64,000 bases of DNA from an uncultured Spirochaetota bacterium (lineage in GTDB: Bacteria; Spirochaetota; Spirochaetia; SZUA-6; Fen-1364). Shown in pieces: positions 58,263-64,000 of the stretch (position 1 is the stretch's first letter; the number at the start of each line of letters is the position of its first letter). Location: contig CAVTHO010000005.1 of the NCBI GenBank assembly GCA_963734545.1, positions 384,001-448,000 on the forward strand, read 5' to 3'. Made by a program: the position numbers and the translations under genes. The notes beneath the pieces were generated by a model, which worked only from the letters and a program-made list of their open reading frames with translations, did not search any database and was not told the origin of the DNA.

Positions 58263-61200
58263 CGCGGCTTCCCTTTCATGTCGTCGATCAGGGTGTATAC
58301 GACAGGCAGGAGAATCGGCGTCAGAAGGGTCGAGGTGATCAGGCCCCCGATGAGCACCACCGCCATGCCGGACCGTATCTCGCTGGATGCGCCGAGGGAC
58401 AGCGCGAGGGGCATCATGCCGACGATCATCGTCACCGAGGTCATGATGATCGGGCGCAGGCGCGTCACGCCCGCTTCCAGCAGAGCCTCCCTCAGCGGCA
58501 TGCCGCGCTTCACGAGCGTGTTCGTGTAGTCGATGAGGAGCGTCCCGTTCTTCGAAATGAGCCCGTCCAGCATGATGAGCCCGATGAAGGTGATGATATT
58601 GATCGCCTTTCCCGTCAGGGCCAGCGCGGCAAAAGCGCCGATCACGCCGCAGGGGATGGAGAGCATGCGGATGATCGGCGTGAGGAACGACTCGTACAGC
58701 ACGACGAGCACCATGTACACGAGGAGGATCGACGCCACCAGCGCCCATGCCAGGGACCCGAAAGCGCTCGCCATGTTCTGCGTGTCTCCGCCGTAGCTGA
58801 CCTCGTAGCCGAACGGCATGCGCAGCGCGCCCAGCTTTTCCTTGACCTCGGCCGTGATGGCTCCCAGCGGCCTGCCCTGCGTGTTGGCGGAGATGGTGGC
58901 GACGTTCTGCCTGTCGCGCCGGAGAACCTCCTGCGGGCTTTCCGTGCGGAGGAACGTTGCCACCTGGGACAGGGAGATCTGCTGGCCCAGCGGGTTTGTC
59001 ACCTTGATGGTGCCAAGAGCGTAGGGCGTCTTCATCTGGTCCTCGCGGTAGCGCACCATCATGTCGAACTCGTCTCCCGCATGCCGGTAGACCCCCACGT
59101 TGGTGCCGGCCAGCGCAGTGCGGAGCACGGTGGCAAGATCGTAGGTGGTGAGGCCGTGCGTGGCAGCGGCCAGCCGGTCGATGCGCACGCTCACCTCGGT
59201 CTGCGCGGCGCGCATGGTGTTGTCCACGTCCGCGGCTCCCGGTACGGAGTGCACGGCGTCCTCCACCTGCCGGGAGACCTGGCGCAGAACGTCGCGATTG
59301 GGCCCGCTGACGTTCACGATGAGCGGCTTCGTACCTTCGATCGACGTGCGTGAGATGATGCCGGGCTCGGTGACGGAGAATTCCGTTCCGGCCAGACGGG
59401 CCCCCCATTCACGCAGCTCGCGCGCCACCGCGGACTGGCTCTTGCGCCGCTGGCCCTTGTCCTTCAATCGCACGATGATTTCCGATGTGGACACCGTGGT
59501 GTCGCTGCCGACCGTTGCGAAACAGTCCTGCACCTCGGGGAGCGACAGGATGTGCTGCTCGGCCAGCTTCGTCTTGGCGTCGGTCTGCGCGAAGCCGGCC
59601 CCGGGCCGAGGTTGATGTCCACCACGAACCTGCTCTGGTCGAAGGTCGGCAGGAACTCGGTCTCGATGGCCTTCATGGGGATGAGCGCGAGGCTGGCGGC
59701 GACGAGCACTGCGATGGAAAGAATGACCACGCCCCTGTTGCCCAGCGCCCACTCGAGGAACCTCCGATAGGCGACCTTGACCGTGCTTTCGAAGAATCGT
59801 CCCCCCTCTGTCCTTTCGCGGCCGCGTTTCTCTGCACCCTTCACGAGCATCCGTGACGCCATCATGGGCGTGATCGTGAAGGACACGAGCAGGGAGAGAA
59901 GGGTCGCGAACACGACGGTGAGCCCGAACTGCTTGAAGAACTGACCGACGATGTCCGTCAGGAATGCAATGGGAGCGAACACCACCACGTCGCACAGCGT
60001 GATCGCCACGGCGGCGAGCCCGATCTCCATCCTCCCGCGCACGGCCGCGGTACGCGGGTCCTCACCGAGGGTGATGTGCCTGTCCACGTTTTCCAGGATG
60101 ACGATGGAGTCATCCACGAGGATGCCGATGCACAGCCCGAGCGCCATCAGGGAAATGATGTTGAGCGTAAAGTGGAAGAGCCACATGGCGAAGAATGTGC
60201 CCACAAGACAGACAGGGATGGCAACGAGAACGATCAGGGAGGAGCGCCATCGACGGAGGAACAGGAAAAGCACCAGCGCGGTGGTGATGATGCTTTCCAC
60301 CAGGTTCAACCGTGTCTCATCCAGGGACGCGTTGATGAACTTCGTGGCGTCACTGGCAACGGCGAGCGCGGTGCCGGGGAGAAGGCTGGGCTGCAGCTCC
60401 GCCAGCTCATCCTTGACCCGTCGGGCCGTGTCCACGACGTTCGCGTCGCTTTGCTTGCGCACCATGATCCCGATAGAGGCCTGCGTGTTCAGCCGTACCG
60501 CTTTGCGGGGAGCGGGGTAGTCGATGACGACGTCCGCGATTTCGGAAAGACGCACGCTTCCGCCCGCGATCGTCGGCACGCGCATGTCCTTCACGTCCTG
60601 CACGTCCCGGAACTCGCCGACCAGCCGCACGGCGACGTTGCGCGTGCGCTGCGCGATCTCGCCCGCGGGGAGATTGAGGTTCTCCGCCCGAAGCACGCCA
60701 AGGAGCGTCGTGGCGCTGATGCCGAAGTACTCCATCGCCGCCTTGTCCACGGTGACGAGAAGCTGCTTCTTGAAGCCACCCGCGATGCTCACATTTCCCA
60801 CCCCGGGCAGGCTCTCGATGCGGCGCTGGATCCGGTCAGCCTCGTTGTACAGCTCTTCGGGGGACCCGGTCCCGGAAACGGAGATGATGAGAATGGGCTG
60901 GCTGTTCAGGTCGTACTTGGACATCACGGGCTTTGAGGCGTCCTTGGGAAGCTTGTCCGCAATGCCGGCGAGCGCGCTCTGCACATCGATGACCGCCGCG
61001 TTCATGTCGGTGGACAACGTGAACATCAGGATCGTGTAGCCGAAACCGGTACCGGAGGTCGAGCGGATCGTGTCGATGCCGTTCGCGCCCGACACCGCAT
61101 CCTCGATGGGCTTGATCACTTCCTTGTCCACTTCCTCCGCACCCGCGCCGATGTAGGTGGAGTGGATGGTGATCACCGGCGTATTCACCTCGGGGAAAAG

Positions 61201-61305
61201 GTCGGCGCCGAGATTGACGTACCCGACGAGTCCCAGTCCCAGGACCAGGGCCATTCCCATGATGATCGCGGTCGGTCGTCGGACGGCCAGCTCGGTGATA
61301 TTCAT
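58259..61305 (-). CDS. AcrB/HAE1-family RND transporter, one frameshift at about 59600
   Basis: MNIT..AV.RP, GILVDDSIV..EN, KNG.LLID, RLRPI.MT; adding one G (+ strand C run 59599-59602) joins the ORFs as INLGPGAGFAQ. Confidence 0.92.
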
Positions 61306-61314
61306 GCGGTCCCC

Positions 61315-62736
61315 TCAGATCCGCTCCCCGGTGATGCGGGCGATGTCCGCCAGCGCTTCCTCCCGGGTGTAGCGGGCATAGAGCAGGTCGAGCTCCGCCG
61401 AGCCGGCGAGGATGTCAGCCCCGTGCACGTCGTCCCTGCTTGCCATGCCGTTCTCGAGTGATGCCTGCGCATTGCGGAGGCGCTCCTCCGCGTAGTCCGC
61501 CCGGGCCTTCTTCTCCCTGACGTCACCGTCGGCTTTCACGGCCGCATCGACCGCCTTGCGCACGTCAAGGCGCACCCGCTTCTCGTCCAGGCTGAGGCCC
61601 ATCCCTGCCATCTCCAGATCTTTTTCCGCCTGGCGGACGCGTTGAAGGGAAGCGAGCCCGTCGAACACGTTCATTTTCATTCCGATGCTGACCACCAGGT
61701 CCCAGTCCCAGGTGCTGTTGTTCCACTTCCAGGTCGAGAAGGGAAGGTCTTCCTGCCCCGAAAGATCGAGCCGGAGACCAAGCGAGACGTCGGGACGAAG
61801 GAGCGAGCCTCCCTCTTCCACGGCGAGCTTCTTCCGCGCCTGGCTCATGCGCGTGCGCGACGCGGCCAGTGCGGGAGAGGAGGCGTGCGCTTTCTCACGG
61901 AGAGATTGCTCGTCCAGCACCGGAAGCTGCGTCCTGAAGCCCGTCGCAAGATCCTCCGCTCTCAGTTCCCGGCCGGTGAGCATGGCCAGGCCCTCCAGCG
62001 CCGTTGCCTTGCTCTGTCCCGCCTCCGAGAGTCTCGATTCGATCGAAGCGAGATTTGCCTGCGCCTCCAGCGCGGTCTCCCTGTTCGTGGTCCCCTGGTC
62101 GAAGGCCTTCCGCCGGTCTGCGGCGATTTCGGCTGCCGTGTCCCTGAGCCCTTTCAGCACCGTCTCGGAATCCCTGGCGAGCAGGGCGCCGAAGTATGCC
62201 CGGTGAACCTCCCGGTCGATGTCTCTCTGCTGGGTCAGGAGATCGGTCCCTGCCGCATCGACCTCGAGCGCGGCAAGATCGATTGCGTTCCTGATCTTTC
62301 CCCACGTGAAGATCGGCTGTGAAAGGGAGGCGCTGGCGGTGAAGTAGTTGTGCTGCTGGGCGCCGATGGTGAAATCCCGGGGAGGAATCGCGAAGTCGCC
62401 CAGGGGGATCGGCGCCGGGTTGCCCAGCGCGCCGGTCGGGATGGCGGGCGAGATGGTGCCCAATGTGCCCGCTGCCACCGTGTAGCCCTGCGGCGGGTGG
62501 GCGAGGTATGAGGCGGAGGCCTGCAGGTCGATGCGTGGCCAGGCCCTGCTGCCCGCCTCCTCCAGCGCAAGACGGGATTTCTGCACGGCGAGCTGTTTCA
62601 CGCGCACCGCTTCAGAGCCCGTGCGCGTGAGGGTGTACGCATCCTCGAGGGTGAGCGTAGCGGACTGTGATGCGCCGGGCAGCGCCGCGCAGAGCAGGGG
62701 CAGCAGGAAGAGGCTGCGGGGGAGCTTCAGGGGCAT
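61315..62736 (-). CDS. TolC-family outer membrane efflux protein
   Basis: Signal peptide, LTLEDA, LSQPIFTWGK, ..V..AYF..L, P.VSL, FDG; operon context. Confidence 0.9.
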   Translation of the reverse strand: MPLKLPRSLFLLPLLCAALPGASQSATLTLEDAYTLTRTGSEAVRVKQLAVQKSRLALEEAGSRAWPRIDLQASASYLAHPPQGYTVAAGTLGTISPAIPTGALGNPAPIPLGDFAIPPRDFTIGAQQHNYFTASASLSQPIFTWGKIRNAIDLAALEVDAAGTDLLTQQRDIDREVHRAYFGALLARDSETVLKGLRDTAAEIAADRRKAFDQGTTNRETALEAQANLASIESRLSEAGQSKATALEGLAMLTGRELRAEDLATGFRTQLPVLDEQSLREKAHASSPALAASRTRMSQARKKLAVEEGGSLLRPDVSLGLRLDLSGQEDLPFSTWKWNNSTWDWDLVVSIGMKMNVFDGLASLQRVRQAEKDLEMAGMGLSLDEKRVRLDVRKAVDAAVKADGDVREKKARADYAEERLRNAQASLENGMASRDDVHGADILAGSAELDLLYARYTREEALADIARITGERI

Positions 62737-62737
62737 C

Positions 62738-63307
62738 TCACTCTCCGGAAAGCCTGAGGGCGATCATGCGCCGGAGACTGGCGATTTCGGCGTCCACGCG
62801 TGACGGCTCGGCAAGAGCCGCCGAAAAGAGCACGCCGAACACGGTCACCCTGATCAGGGACCGCCAGTATTCGCTGTCCGTGCGGTGGGACACCAATCCT
62901 CTCCTCGGCCTCGAAACGAGCCTTTCGACAAGGCCGCAGAACTGCTCGAGCTTTCCCTGCAGCATGTTCATCTGGCTGGATTCGAAAAGCATCCCGCGGA
63001 GGAGGGGCAGGTAGTGCTTGAGGGAGCCGAACCCGATTTCGATGAACCTTTTCATCCGACCCTCGGTAGGCTCTTTCGACTCCGCCAGCTCCCGGATCTG
63101 GGCCAGGAACCTGTTCCACCCCTCATCTACAGTTGCGCGAAACAGGTCCTTCTTGTCATTGAAATACGTGTAAATAGTGCCTGAGGAGATGCCGGCGCGG
63201 AGCGCGATGTCCTTGATGACGGTCGCATCATAGCCGATCTCCCCGAATACGGAGAATGCGGCTTCGATGATCTGGGCGGGCTTTTTTCCGTCTTTTTTCC
63301 TCGCCAT
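62738..63307 (-). CDS. TetR/AcrR family regulator
   Basis: I.EAA...F...GY..T.I.DIA..AGIS.GTIY.YF..K..LF. Confidence 0.95.
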   Translation of the reverse strand: MARKKDGKKPAQIIEAAFSVFGEIGYDATVIKDIALRAGISSGTIYTYFNDKKDLFRATVDEGWNRFLAQIRELAESKEPTEGRMKRFIEIGFGSLKHYLPLLRGMLFESSQMNMLQGKLEQFCGLVERLVSRPRRGLVSHRTDSEYWRSLIRVTVFGVLFSAALAEPSRVDAEIASLRRMIALRLSGE

Positions 63308-63322
63308 GCCGTTCCATCCTTA

Positions 63323-63346
63323 TGTTGACTGAACGTTCAATTAACA
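63323..63346. promoter_or_regulatory. Candidate TetR operator palindrome
   Basis: TGTTGACTGAACGTTCAATTAACA: perfect 10-bp core TGAACGTTCA, 10 of 12 pairs overall, 15 bp upstream of the tetR ATG. Confidence 0.75.
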
Positions 63347-63433
63347 ATATCAGCGCCGTGACAGTGTGGCAAGCCCCTGCTTTGGGTATAATCACCGGAA
63401 CAAGAGACTGGGTGCAGCGGAGGTTATCACGTC

Positions 63434-64000
63434 ATGGGCGACACGAACCGGTTCATCGAGGAGCTTCGAAGCGCGTGGAGGGACGAGAAGTCCGCAGCCC
63501 TCACCTATGCCGCGGCAGCGGAGAGGGAAAAAGACAGCCGGCGCCGCGACATCTTTCTCCGCATGGCGGCCGAAGAGGCGAAGCATGCCGAGCGCTGGGA
63601 GAAGAGGCTGCGCGAGCTGGGCGCAGAGCCGGGTGCATACACGGAGACCCCCGCGGAGGTCCAGCGCAGGCGTGACCTTGTCGTGCAGGACCCCGAGGTA
63701 ATCGCGACGACAATGGCGGCCGCGGAAGGAAGCGCGGACGGGGCATACGAGTCACTGGCGTCACTGGCGCCCACGGAACAGGACCGCAAGGCGTTTGCCG
63801 ACGCGGGCCGGGCGGAACGTGCCCACGATCGGGTCCTCAAGGACATGGCGGCGCGGACGGAGCACCCGCGAAGCAGGCTGGACATGATCCTGGGCCGGGA
63901 GCGGCACGTGCGCGGCGGCGGGTGGATCGGCCAGGCCATCTACGGCATCAACGACGGTCTGGGCGCGGCGTTCGGAGTGGTGAGCGGCGTGGCCGGCGCC
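63434..64000 (+). CDS. Rubrerythrin-like domain fused to a VIT1/CCC1 transporter (3' end outside the window)
   Basis: Not in the ORF track. Manual translation: MGDTNRF...E.SAA..Y...EEAKH..RW...E..H..., then WIGQAIYGINDGLGA.FG.VSGVAG (VIT1 TM1 motif). Confidence 0.88.
   Translation, partial: MGDTNRFIEELRSAWRDEKSAALTYAAAAEREKDSRRRDIFLRMAAEEAKHAERWEKRLRELGAEPGAYTETPAEVQRRRDLVVQDPEVIATTMAAAEGSADGAYESLASLAPTEQDRKAFADAGRAERAHDRVLKDMAARTEHPRSRLDMILGRERHVRGGGWIGQAIYGINDGLGAAFGVVSGVAGA

Noticed and set aside
63331-63338. GAACGTTC as a Gram-positive SOS (Cheo) box
   Set aside because: No 4-nt spacer between GAAC and GTTC; better explained as the core of the TetR operator
63366-63380. TGGCAAGCCCCTGCT as a sigma-54 promoter
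   Set aside because: GG to GC spacing is 9 nt rather than the required 10

Overview
GC-rich bacterial chromosomal window, most likely from a free-living member of Spirochaetia. The evidence is the pyrG-lptC-lptA-lptB-rpoN-hpf-hprK-ptsH...lexA-holA gene order next to uvrC and a spirochaete-style 'FAxGxxE' signal peptide. Bases 1-18.4 kb are core genome: a LamG protein, uvrC, and a long minus-strand operon with a DUF4390-NtrY-NtrX module between ptsH and lexA, then a CHASE-GAF-GGDEF cyclase, a degenerate YmdB and tRNA-Leu(CAG). The tRNA is the integration site of a 2,564-bp integrase-less islet bounded by a 59-bp duplication of the tRNA 3' part. The islet carries a DUF4419 protein apparently fused to a SUKH/SMI1-KNR4-like domain, a DUF1810 gene, and an inverted-repeat-flanked candidate promoter; it is the best candidate for an undescribed system here. 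Beyond it lie two 5'-truncated genes joined back-to-back and a run of accessory genes: ChrB-C/YncE, AlgH, GGDEF, a YghO/bCerS-like acyltransferase-NodIJ-amidohydrolase operon, a double-length UvrA, an OmpR-type two-component system with DipZ and an exported MsrAB, assorted metabolic genes, a TetR-TolC-RND-MFP-ABC efflux cluster, and a partial rubrerythrin-VIT1 gene. About ten single-base frameshifts in otherwise intact genes look like long-read indel errors, and half of them fall at CCGG. No rRNA, CRISPR array, transposase or integrase was seen. All family assignments come from motif recognition by eye; no database searches were run.
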